Shown piece by piece: positions 25,238 to 36,230 of a DNA stretch of 64,000 nt (position 1 is the first letter of the stretch; each line of letters opens with the position of its first letter). The notes below the pieces were generated by a model. The model was not told where the DNA came from and made no database searches. It saw only the letters and a list, made by a program, of their open reading frames with translations. Position numbers and translations under genes: made by a program. The stretch is taken from assembly GCA_028534125.1 (NCBI GenBank), contig CM052817.1, positions 72,480,001 to 72,544,000 on the forward strand. The letters run 5' to 3'. Origin of the DNA: Lama glama. Its lineage: Eukaryota.

Positions 25238-25799
25238 AAAACCTGTTAATGAAATTTTCTGTAATATTATTTTCATACAATGATCATCAGTGGTTAGTTG
25301 CTAATGTAAGAGAATAAAAAGGGACAGCACAGAAAAAAGGGATAACACAGGAAAATTACACAGAGTTGAGACTGTGTCTAGGAGTGGTCTCTCGATATTT
25401 TAGTAAGATAACTGGAAAATGGAATATAAATATGAATATTTTCACCCATGGTAGAATGATAAATTGTGGCTATAGTTTTATAGAAAATACATAAGAAATG
25501 TAAGCAATTCTTACCTGTTTTTGCATAATCAGAGGGGATGAAAATATTCCAGTTATTAGAAATATATACAAATAGTGCTACAGAGTAAATTATCTGCATG
25601 TGTATTTATATTAACGTGAAGGCATAAAAGTATCTGAGATAAACTGAAACATGGTTGGCAGGGGACGGGGGCCTCTTTATGTTTGTTAAACTTCCTAAAG
25701 GAAAAAACAATGCAAACAAATGCAATGGACTATTAGAGAACTGGAATCTTTAAGTATCTGGCCTGGACAGCTGGAGATGGCTCTGCTATTCACCCAGGG

Positions 25800-26080
25800 G
25801 GATACAGACAGGACTGAATTAAAGGGAAAATATGTTTGAATATGTCAATTATGTAAGCAGCCTGCTGGTAAATACATCCAGGTGGCAGTTGTCAATATGA
25901 TTCTAGCTTTCAGAGATGAAGTCAGAATTAGACATATGCACTTGGAAGTCATACGAGTATTAAAGGGAGGAAGCTGAAACCACAGTCAGGGACAAGAATA
26001 TCTAAGCAGAATGCTAGGATGAGGAGCAAAACAGAAGAGCAAACTCTAGATAATTTTACATTTAATAGACAGTCAGAAGA
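25800..26080 (-). mobile_element. L2 fragment
   Basis: 'atccaggtggcagttgtcaatatgattctagctttcagagatgaagtcagaattagacatatgcacttggaagtcat' antisense L2. Confidence 0.65.
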
Positions 26081-26169
26081 GGATAATAGGGCCCTTCACG
26101 TATATTTCAGTCTTGTACTTATCACACCATATTATAGTTGGTCCTTTATGGTCTTAGGTGGTAATGTGT

Positions 26170-26557
26170 GAAGTCTCAAGTTAGTAGATCACTCTGTAAA
26201 ACCTCCACTAATGTTGCTGGCCAACATCTTATGGTCATGACAAACAATCACGTAACAAATATGTGTCAGTTTCAGTCAAGATGAATTGCTACTCCTTCCA
26301 AAATCGAAAGGGTCCCATGTCAACTTGCCACAAGTGTCTAGTTGGCTTTCTTAGGAGGACAGTGCCATTTCAGGGTCACACTGTTAATCCCTGTTGCTGA
26401 CAGGTTAGACATTTGACAGTGGAAGTAGCTGGATCAGTCTTAGGTGGAAGCTCATGATATTGTATGCATTTATAGTCTCCCTTTTTGACACCAAGACTAC
26501 CTCATTCATGCATTCATGTTCCAACATTGGGCAGGACAATAACAGAAAGTTACTAAT
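26170..26557 (-). mobile_element. ERVL-class pol (integrase N-terminal/core) relic, left part
   Basis: Minus strand translates HE*GSLGVKKGDYKCIQYHELPPKTDPATSTVKCLTCQQQ...HLWQVDMGPFRFWKE*QFILTETDT, matching the recalled ERVL integrase pattern (CxxC QQQ, WQVD, GP, LTGIDT). Confidence 0.85.
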
Positions 26558-26569
26558 AAAAACTTGCTG

Positions 26570-28384
26570 TTATTTGTAGACTTTTTGACGACAGCAATTC
26601 TGACAAGTGTGAGGTGATATCTCATTGCAGTTTTGATTTGTATTTCTCTAATACTTAGCGATGTTGAGCATCTTTTCATATGCCTGTTGGCCATCTGTAT
26701 GTTTTCTTTAGAAAAATGTCTATTCAAGACTTACCGTATGACTCAGGAATCCCACTCCTGGGCTTGTACCCAGAAGGAAATCTACTTCAGGATGACACCT
26801 GCACCCCAATGTTCATAGCAGCACTATTTACAATAGCCAAAACATGGAAAAGCCTAAATGTCCATCAACAGGTGACTGGATAAAGAAGATGTGGTATATT
26901 TATACAATGGAATACTACTCAGCCATAAAAACCGACAACATAACACCATTTGCAGCAGCATGGATGCTCCTGGAGAATGTCGTTCTAAGTGAAGTAAGCC
27001 AGAAAGAGAAAGAAAAATACCATATGAGATCGCTCATATGTGGAATCTAAAAAACAAACAAACAAACAAAAACAAAGCATAAATACAGGACAGAAATAGA
27101 CTGATAGACAGAGAATACAGATTTGTGGTTGCCAGGGGGGCGGAGGGTGGGAAGGGATAGACTGGGATTTCAAAACTGTAGAACAGATAAACAAGATTAT
27201 ACTGTATAGCACAGGGAAATTTACACAAAACGTTATGGTAACTAACAGAGAAAAAATGTGACAATGAGGGTGTATATGTCCATGTATGACTGAAAAATTG
27301 TGCTGAACACTGGAATTTGACACAACATTGTAAAATGATTATAAATCAATAAAAAACGTTAAAAAAAGAAAAATGTCTGTTCAGGTCTTCTGCCCATTTT
27401 TAATCAGGTTTCTTGTCTTTTTGATATTGAGTTGTATGAGATGTTTGTATATTTCAGGTATTAACCTCTTATGGGTCATATCATTTGCAAATATTTTCTC
27501 CCATTCTGTTGGTTATATTTTCAGTTTATCAACAGTTTCCTTTGCTGTACAAAAGCATTTAACTTTAATTAGGTTCTATTTGTTTACTTTTGCTTTTGCT
27601 TCGTTTGACTTAAGAGACTGATCCAAAAAAATATATATTGCTTTGACTTATGTCAAAGAGTGTTCTGCCTATGTTGTCTTCTCAGAGTTTTATGGTTTCA
27701 GGTCTTACAGTTAGGTCTTTATAATCCATTTGAGTTTATCTTTATATATGGTGTGAGAAAATGTCCAAATCTCATTATTCCACATTTAGCTGTCCTCCCA
27801 GCACCACTTATCAGAGATTGTCTTTTCTCCATTGTATACTCTTGCCTCTTTAGTCATAGATTAATTGATCATAGGTGCGTGAGTTTATTTTGGGCCTCTC
27901 TATTCTGTTCCATTGATCTATTTGTCTGTTGTTTTTGGTTTTGGGTTTTTTTTTTTTTTGCCTTATCATGATATATTGGTTACTGTGGCTTTGTAGTATA
28001 GTTTGAAGTCAGGAAGCAGGATACCTCCAGCTTTGTTCTTTTTTTCTTAAGATTGCTTTGACAGTTCAGGATCTTTTGTGGTTCCATATAAACTTTAGGA
28101 TTATTTATTTTAGTTCTTTGAAAAATATTATTGGTATTTTGACAGAGATTGTACTAAATCTGTAGATTGCTTTGAGTAGTATGGACATTCTAACAATATT
28201 AATTTTTCAGTGTAAGAAAATGGGCTATCTTTGCACTTCTTTGTATCTTTCCATATCTTTGTACCATCTTCCAGTTCCTTCATTAATGTTTTATAATTTT
28301 CAAAGTATAGGTCTTTTACATCTTTGGTTAAGTTTATTACTAAGTATCTTTTGATGCGATTTTAAATGAGACTGGAGTTTTTTG
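26570..28384 (-). mobile_element. Inverted 5' segment of an L1 (ORF2), interrupted at 26727-27366
   Basis: ORF 26506-26727(-) [52 protein letters not shown] is L1 ORF2; antisense L1 resumes at 27384 and runs to about 28380. Confidence 0.93.
26727..27366 (+). mobile_element. Younger 5'-truncated L1 (camelid-type 3'UTR), same family as 6821-7359
   Basis: ORF2 end [15 protein letters not shown]...[18 protein letters not shown] / PKCPSTGDWIKKMWYIYTMEYYSAIK...; 17-bp TSD agaaaaatgtct(a/g)ttca at 26710-26726 and 27367-27383. Confidence 0.95.
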
Positions 28385-28688
28385 CATTAAAAAGTCTACA
28401 AGAAAGAAATATTGGTGAGGATGTGGAGAAAAAAGAACCCTAGTACATTGCTGGTGGGAATGTAAATTGGTGCAGCCACCATGGAAAACACTATGGAAGG
28501 TCCTTAAAAAACTAAAAATAGAATTATCATATGATCTAGCACTTTCACTCCTGGTTATATATCTGAAAAAAAAACAAAAAACTAATTTGAAAAGAAACAT
28601 GCACCCCAATGTTCATAGCAGCACTATTTGCAATTGCCAAAATATGGAAACAATCTAACTGTCCATCAACAAACAAACAAACAAATAT

Positions 28689-28739
<51 letters not shown>

Positions 28740-29174
28740 GGAATATTACTAAGCCATAAAAAAGAATGAAACTCTCCCATTGCAACAACATGGATAGACT
28801 TGGACTATTATGTGTATTGCAATAAGTCAGACAGAGAAAGACAAATGCTGTAGCATATCACTTATATGTGGAATCTAAAAAATAAGAAGCATGTATATAA
28901 CAAAGCAGAAACAGACTTACAGATATAGAAAACAAACCAGTGGATACCAGCGGGGAGAGGGAATGGGGAGGGGCAAGATAGGGGTATAGGTTTAAGATAT
29001 AGAAACTACATGTATAAAATAGATAAGCAACAAGAATATATTATACAGCACAGGAATATATAGCCATTATTTTGTAGTAACTTTAAATGGAGTATAATCT
29101 AGAGAAATATTGAATCACTATGCTATACATCTGAAACTAATATTATAAATCAACTGTACTTTGAAAATAAAAAA
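28385..29174 (+). mobile_element. Sense 3' segment of the same inverted L1 (ORF2 end, 3'UTR, poly-A)
   Basis: ORF 28467 [31 protein letters not shown]; 3'UTR collinear with 7750-8170; outer TSD aaaaacttg(c/g)tg at 26558-26569 and 29175-29186. Confidence 0.93.
28692..28737. repeat. (CA)n microsatellite within L1
   Basis: Direct reading. Confidence 0.95.
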
Positions 29175-29186
29175 AAAAACTTGGTG

Positions 29187-29335
29187 AACCATTCTTTCTA
29201 CTTAGTTTTTTAGTGTCTCTTCTACAGTGGATAATCTCTGGTGGATAATACAAATATCTTCACATATATTATCTATTCCCAAATGTGTATCAAATCCCAG
29301 ACTTCCTTGAGCACAATTTTTGAATCTTTCCCCTT
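29187..29335 (-). mobile_element. ERVL-class pol relic, right part (RNase H/integrase junction)
   Basis: Minus strand gives KIVLKEVWD...VKIFV...(frameshift) HQRLSTVEETLKN*VERMVHQV, matching recalled ERVL 'KIGDKEVWG...VKIFVSHVNAHQR...EE..NNQVD'. Confidence 0.75.
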
Positions 29336-29359
29336 TTAGACTTAACAGTCAGCCAGGCA

Positions 29360-29450
29360 AGTGAGGAAATAGAGATCTAGAGAAATGAAATAATATATCC
29401 AAGATCACAGAGTTAGTGAATGGTGGCCCCGTTACTCAAACCAGAAAGTA
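29360..29450 (-). mobile_element. MIR fragment
   Basis: 'gtgaggaaatagagatctagagaaatgaaataatatatccaagatcacagagttagtgaatgg'. Confidence 0.65.
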
Positions 29451-30614
29451 TATTAAGAATATGAAACCTGAGGAGCGAGATTAGGTATAAAAGAGAGATT
29501 CAAAAAAAGAATGTATTTGAGGCTGAGGGGGAACTGGTTTGCAGTATTACCTAAGTGGATGGAACTGCTACTAACTAAGTGGCTAGTCTGCTGTCTCCCC
29601 TGTGTTCTGCAAGGGGGTTTCTACTAAAAAAGGATAAAGTAAAAGAAGAGAAGGGGAAAGAGGTGCAAAGGATAATGGATGGAATAGAAGAAGAAAGAAA
29701 CACTTGATATCAGACTGCTGCTGAGGGGATTAAAGAATCTCCTTCCACACAGACCCTTTGCTGGTGTTCTCCAATCTCCTTCTCTATCTTTATTTTTGTG
29801 CCCCTACTCATAGCACTTCTATATTAGATTCCTGTAAAATTCTTAGTGCTTCCTGGACCTTTTTACCACACTTCGAGACAGATTCTTCTCTTATTTAGTC
29901 TAGAAAACGGTATCTATTTCTGTTGAAATGTTGCTCCATTTTCAAAGATTTTTATTTATACATGGAACTTAAAACCTTGAGAATTCATCATACCTATCCT
30001 ACTCATTATCTTCAAGGAAATGGCATGTGCACTGTTTCATGGTTTAGCGTACTTTTTCAATTTCTGTTCTTTAAACACATTACCATAAGGAGGGGAAGTT
30101 GAGGGTGAGAATGGGTTACAGCAAAGTTGGAATGATGATCTCCTTGATCATTAGTCTCTACTTGAAAAAAAAAAAAACAGAATTTGAGGGAAAAGAATCA
30201 TTCACATTAGTAATTGATTCCTTCAGTTCACCAGCTCCCTTCCTTCTTGACTTTCCCCTCAGGAACCTATGTAGCACCTACAGACCCCTCCCTCGATGTC
30301 AGTCCAGTGAGAACCAGGATAAACCAGCCTTTATCTGGCAAGCAGAAAACTTCTCCCACATTTGCCTGGCAATAATTCAAGACCAATCTAAGCCTCAAAG
30401 TTGTCTAGACTACACTAAGTGGCTTTTGGGGAACAGCATTGGAAGACTGGGGATTTCATTTGTTTTTTCTTTTGTGTTATAAAACTAAAATTATAATGCT
30501 GACTTCTTCAAAGTAACAAGCAGTCAGGTGATACTTTAGTACCCATTTCTTACTGCCCCAGAATACTCCAAGACAGGGGCGGAAGACCAGAATGCTAAAT
30601 GCTAAAACCCAAGG

Positions 30615-31092
30615 TCACCTCAGGTCTCATCCTTCAAGTCTCAGATTAAATGTCAACTACTTAGGGAAGATTTTCCCTGACCTTCCCATCTATGAACACT
30701 CTCACAGTGCCCTGTCTTTTGCCTCCTGAGTAGTTACTATAATCATCATTATTTCTACAATTAAATTAATGCTTTCCCCACTAATTCCTGAACTAATAAA
30801 TCCTACCCTGATATTTAATACTGCAGACTGCACTCCTATGCCCGTATTTCCAGTGCCCCTTATCTTGCTCTATTTTTTAAAATTTTCCTCTTAGCTTTTA
30901 TCACCTAATATCATTCTATATAATTTACTTATTAATCACATCTATTACTTATTGTTTGTCTTCTATAATTAGAATGAATGCTCTCCAAAGTCAGTAAACT
31001 TATGTATTTTGTTCACTGGTATATCCTAAATTTCTAGACGAATGTATATATAGAATTTGCTTGATAAATATTTATTGAGTGAATAAATGAGG
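30615..31092 (+). mobile_element. L2 (L2a-like) 3' region
   Basis: 'tccttcaagtctcagattaaatgtcaac...ttccctgacc' and end 'ttttgttcactggtatatcc...aaatatttattgagtgaataaatg'. Confidence 0.75.
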
Positions 31093-31944
31093 AGGGGGAG
31101 AGATCGGTCTGGTATACCTCACTCACATCCTCAGTACATGGTTGATTGTCTTCCCAGGATTTCACACTCAATGCCTACTAATTTGAAGATTAATGAAGAC
31201 AGGAGATGAGAGTGAATGAATAAATAAAATATGGAACTTGCTTAAAAATATTATTTTAACTAGCTGTAATTAAATCCTCCAAACCAGTATCTTACCAGAA
31301 AACAGATCATTAATTTTACCAAATTTATTCCATAAACTCAAAATATCATTATACAAGATATCAGAATTATTCAGGCTCTATCTAATCTACATAATTCTCT
31401 TTAAGTTTGTGTGAATGCGTATGTATGTATGCATATACATGTGTATACTTCAAGTGGTGATGATTTTCCTGTTCCACAGACAAGTTAGAGAACTAAGGGG
31501 GAAAAAAAAACACCAATGAGTTAAAGTGTAAGAATAATTTTGTTTTCTTTACTAATATCCTTGTTTTTATTTCATCCCTTCATTTGGATGAGAATTTCTG
31601 AAAACACATGTCATGTAAATAAGGATATCACATAAAGTTTATTCTAACATGCCTATAGGTATGAGCATATATTTGGGGATCAGCATGTATTTATATGGAC
31701 ATGTAATTCAACAGAGAAAAATTAAATAATTTCAATATTAAAATACCTAATAATTTGAAAATTTTTTCTCAGCTTTGAAAAAAATAGTTTCCTATTAGAA
31801 AATTCCCAAAATATGTATTTTCTCTAAAAATGTATTTTTGGAAAATCTTATGTAATATGTAATAATATTTACTTTAGCTGAAACCTTTTATTCCTCTTTT
31901 GTTCTTGTTAAATTTCATGGCCAGAAAAGTGTACTTTTAAAAAA

Positions 31945-32225
31945 CTTTTTTGTGGAATAAATGACAAATATAATTATATAAATTTAAAGTATACAATGTG
32001 ATGATTTGATATAAATACACCTTATAGAATGATTACCAAGATCAAAATAATAAACACATCCATCACCTCACATAGTTAACATAGTTAACTCGTGTGTGTG
32101 CGTGTGTGTGGAGAGAAAGCTTAAATCTACCCTCAGCAGCTTTCAAGTATGCAATACTGCATTATTAACTGTAGTCATCATGCTATACATCAGATCCTCA
32201 GAATTTATTCTTCTTATAATTGAAA
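31945..32225 (-). mobile_element. L1MA9-like 3'UTR
   Basis: 'aatttaaagtatacaatgtgatgatttgatata...catccatcacctcacatagtta...attattaactgtagtcatcatgctatacatcagatcctcagaatttatt'. Confidence 0.85.
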
Positions 32226-32443
32226 ATATATTTAAAGAAGTCATTATTTCTTTACATTTCTTCTCCTTCTTTTCTCCTTCTAGAACTCCAATAATTTACA
32301 GTTTCTTTTTCTAGTTTACATGGATTATGTAGGCTTTCTTCCTTCTTTTTCATTCTTTTTCTCTGTTCTCTGACATTATAATCTCAACTTTTGTCTTCTA
32401 ACTAATTCTTTCTTCTGCTTGATCCATTCTACTATTGATACCC

Positions 32444-32508
32444 TCTATTTTATTTTTCAATTCATTCTAATTTATTTTTCATTCATTCTATTTTATTTTT
32501 CAATTCAT
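32444..32508. repeat. 22-bp unit tandem repeat, three copies
   Basis: tctattttatttttcaattcat / tctaatttatttttc-attcat / tctattttatttttcaattcat. Confidence 0.85.
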
Positions 32509-32617
32509 TCAATTTTTCAGCTGTAGGATCTCTGTTCGATTCTTTTTGATTTCTCTTTGTTAAAGTTCTCATTTTGTCTGTATTGTTTTCCTGATTTTGT
32601 TTTCTATATTTTGTTGT

Positions 32618-32789
32618 TTTTAACTTAAAAATTTAGCCTTATTAAGGTATAACTGACATATAAAATTGTAAGAGATTTAAAGTGTACATCGTGATGATTT
32701 AATATACGTACATATTGTGAAAGAACTCTCATCTAGTTAATTAACGTATCCAGCACATCATATATTTATCTTTTTTTTTTGGTGAGACA
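32618..32789 (-). mobile_element. Short L1 3'UTR insertion (L1MA9-derived type) nested in the old L1
   Basis: Flanked by tctatatttt(g/c)ttgt at 32603-32617 and 32790-32804; reverse complement is collinear with about 58650-58800. Confidence 0.85.
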
Positions 32790-35330
32790 TCTATATTTTC
32801 TTGTAGCTCACTGAGTTTTCATAAAACAGCTATTTTGAATTCTTTAATAACTAAATCACACATCTCCATGTCTTTTGGATAAGTTACTGGAAGATTACTG
32901 TGATCCTTTGGTGTTGTCACATTCCTTAATTTTTCATGTTCCTTGAAGTTTTGTGTTGTTGTCTTTGTATCTGAAGTAGCAGTCATCTCCTCCAATCTTT
33001 ACTAAGTGTTCTTTGCAATGCATCTATATATATGGAAACTTGGACTTCCACAAAGACTCTCTCATCTGTGGGTGGTTGTTTAAGACAGTCTTTTCCAGAG
33101 GCTTCTAGAGAGGCTACAGCCAGTTCATGGGTCACTGCAGGGCCCACAGCTGGGACCAAGGTCTGTATATCTATTACCCAACACAAGGGTGGGCAAGACT
33201 TCTCCCAGGTCCCTTGGCATATGATGTTGGATCCCACAGCTCCCCAAAAAAGGCATTTTTGTCTGCAGATGGATGCCAAATTGTTGTTAAGAGATGAGAT
33301 ATGAACAAGAGATGTCTTAATTAGACATAAACTTGCCTATTTTACTAAAAAAAAGATTGCTTAACAATAGTGCATTTTGTTTCTAATACTCAAGTACAAG
33401 TGTTGGCTATGCAAATCTATATGCTATGCAGTTTCTTTACGTCTTAAGTAATAGTTTTGAACATAATTTCCTAGTTGATGAGAGAATATCCAAGTTAAAT
33501 CTCATCATATTTTAAAGGCTTTGATGATTATAACTTAGAATTTTGGAGGAAAAATATCTAGATTATAAGTCTTTATTCTCTCCTGTTTAAACATTTCACA
33601 GCTTCAGAAGTGTCCACTTCTCAGGAGAAATTTATTTTCCTAGTACAGAATTTTCAAAGTTATGTTCTACAATATTGTTAAATCATGAATAAATCAAAGC
33701 TTATAAACAGACAGATAAAAGAAACATAGGTTTGCTCAACCACCCTCTTCTCCTCTTTCTCTAAATATGGTCTCTCTACTTCAAACACAGTTTATCTACA
33801 TGAAGCAAATGTGACCAAAATCCCCAGTCCTTCTGCTGTGATAACTATACATCTCCTGGCTTAAATGAGGCAATACTCTAATGGCTTCAGTACGCATAGA
33901 GACAGTTGCAAACATATGTTAAATATCATATACTTATAGTAACTAAATTTAGCTTCTGCCTGTATATTTAAAATACGATATTTAACTAAATTATATTAAA
34001 TTCCTCTTACAGAAGGCCATTCTGGATCATTCAGAACAGGGAAGAATAGAAATATTTTTCTCAGTCAGTACATCCATGCTAGCAAAATATACAACACAAA
34101 TTAACTGAGTCAAAATATTAAGCATTATTTTTCTAAACATGATTTTATTCTAATTATTTAGATATTACCAGTAATAGCATTTTAAGGTTTAAGTATAAAT
34201 ATAACTCTCTTGACTCCTCACTTGCCGTGCACAGACACAAAGAAAATTCATCACGATCCTGAAACGGCTACATCAGAATTACAATACTGAGCAGTAATTC
34301 AGAGATTATTTACACAAAATAGAGTTAAAACAGGCTTTGCACACCATTGACAAAAATGAATAAAAGTCCTTTCCATTAAATGTGTAAAACTTAATTCAAC
34401 TCATTGGATACTAGGAGCATTAATTTTATGTTGTATTTTTCAGAGCTTTGCCATATTTAGCCTTTTAGATCTCTGTGACAATAACTTTCTGACTCATTGC
34501 TTCCTCTAGCTTTTTTTGCTAACTATGTCTTTTGCAGTTATGTTTGATTTACGTAACTTTTAAAATATTCTTCTTGACAATTTTTTTCAACATCTCCAAT
34601 TTCTGAGTATCTTATCCATGCTGCCTAACATTTAAAAAAAAATAAAGCTCACTTTTTTTTTATCAATTGGAACCATTTGTGGAGAATAAACAGAAAAATG
34701 CACTATTTTCAGATTTGCTTTACTGTCTACACTACGGCTCATACCACTACTACTTTGAAATATGGGCTGTTCTGAATTCTTGAAGTACAACAGGTATTGG
34801 TCACTTTATGTATTTTTGTCTTCAGTTATTTGTTTTGAATTAGTGTTTATCTCAAGGACATGTCAATGTTTTCATAGTGAAACATCTCTATCTATTGCTG
34901 ACAGTCACTCTGCATTTCTGCAGCATTATCACATGAGAGCCAAGAACTAAAGCTGCCAAAACAAGCCTAAGTCTTTATAGTCACTGGGAAATTAATTACT
35001 ATATAAAGAAATAAAACTAGTCACATCCCCATATTATTCCCAAGGAGTCATTTTATAACATTGCCTTCAAGAGGGCCATTCTGATTGACGACACACCATT
35101 TCACTTGAATTTCACCTGAAATTTCTGCCTCCTGAAAGCCGAAAGACATAAGGTTAAAACTAATCTCACTGTACCTCAGACCACTCCTGTTCCCTCTAAC
35201 ACTTGCATCATTTTATTTTCACCCTTAACCCTAAGTGGTCCTTCTCTTGATTTTCCTCCTCCTCTCTAACCAGGAGTCAGTCACTACCCTGCAATCCAGA
35301 GCAGAGGCAACTGACCATTTAATAAGGAAT

Positions 35331-35349
35331 TACTGCCATCTTGTGGCTA
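35331..35349 (-). promoter_or_regulatory. Candidate CTCF site
   Basis: Reverse complement TAGCCACAAGATGGCAGTA fits the CTCF core CCACnAGrTGGCAG. Confidence 0.55.
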
Positions 35350-36211
35350 TCATAATTGAAGGCAAATAATTCTAATGCACTGGACAAGAAAAAAAAAAGT
35401 GAGGTTGTTACATGCTCTTATATCTGTTTAACCTCCACACACACCATTAAAGAGGTCCTATCATGTATCTTGCTTAATAGTGAAAGTATGTACATCAGTA
35501 TTATAACATTCAGGAAAATGGTCTCTTCTTCAGAATTAATCAAAGTCCAGAAGTAAATGGAAAACAATCTTAAAAACTTGAGTCTGCACAGGATAGAACA
35601 CTGTGTAGGCAACCAAGCAGAGGCATTAATAATTTCTACTATCCACTCCTTCAGCAATTTATCTTCATTTTTTTAAATGTTAAGAATTTGTAAAAGGTCA
35701 TAATTCAGTAGATTCAAATATTTCTAACCCTAAGGTGACATGTTTGCCACACATCTCAATAGCCCATGTCAGCGCCGGAAATTGGCCAAGACCTACTAAT
35801 AACCAGAAACAGATTTGAAGCGAATGCTTCTCTCAGATCTGTTTGGCACATGTTGTCTTCAATATTCCTTCTCTTGACATGTGACAAATTTGCAAATTCT
35901 GCGTTTTTAAGATTCACGTGCTACAGCCAGTAAAATACTGGCAGTGAGATACAGTGAGCACATCTAAGAACACTTTGTTCTGAAATTATAAAGCAAAACT
36001 CTAACCCTGCTTCTCTGTCAAGGTATGTGAAATGCTATTTAAAGAAAAAAAAGATTTTTGAGCAGAGGTTTCAAGGTATATTTAGCTACATGTATTTGAT
36101 TGAGGGCAACGCCTTACTAAAAACATATTTTTTTAACTAGATGTTCAAAAGTTGCTCCCCATGTGACTTGTATTGGTTCTGATGTGTAAAACTTTAAATG
36201 TTTAGTGGAAA

Positions 36212-36230
36212 ACACTCCACCTGGTGGCAG
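36212..36230 (-). promoter_or_regulatory. Candidate CTCF site (quasi-palindromic)
   Basis: Reverse complement CTGCCACCAGGTGGAGTGT; plus strand also reads CCACCTGGTGGCAG. Confidence 0.55.

Larger units (their letters stand above)
32226..33320 (-). mobile_element. Old L1 ORF1-region and 5'UTR relic
   Basis: T-rich antisense ORF1 tracts ('attctttcttctgcttgatccattctactattgata', 'cagctattttgaattcttt') then an L1M 5'UTR-like end 'cccacagctccccaaaaaaggcatttttgtctgcagatggatgccaaattgttgtt'. Confidence 0.7.

Noticed and set aside
27135..27156. G-rich quadruplex-like tract
   Set aside because: The standard polypurine tract of L1 3'UTRs; not locus-specific.
26506..28736. Dense ORF cluster on both strands as an operon-like unit
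   Set aside because: Fully explained by nested and inverted L1 sequence plus a (CA)n tract.
30099..30482. 127-aa plus-strand ORF
   Set aside because: Non-ATG start, a poly-A-encoded lysine run, no recognisable homology and no clear splice framing.
32983..33304. Overlapping 98-aa and 90-aa ORFs
   Set aside because: They lie in GC-richer L1 5'UTR-like sequence where stops are rarer.
34700..34800. Exon-like segment between 'ttttcag' and 'cag/gtatt'
   Set aside because: Stops in all three frames and weak splice sites.
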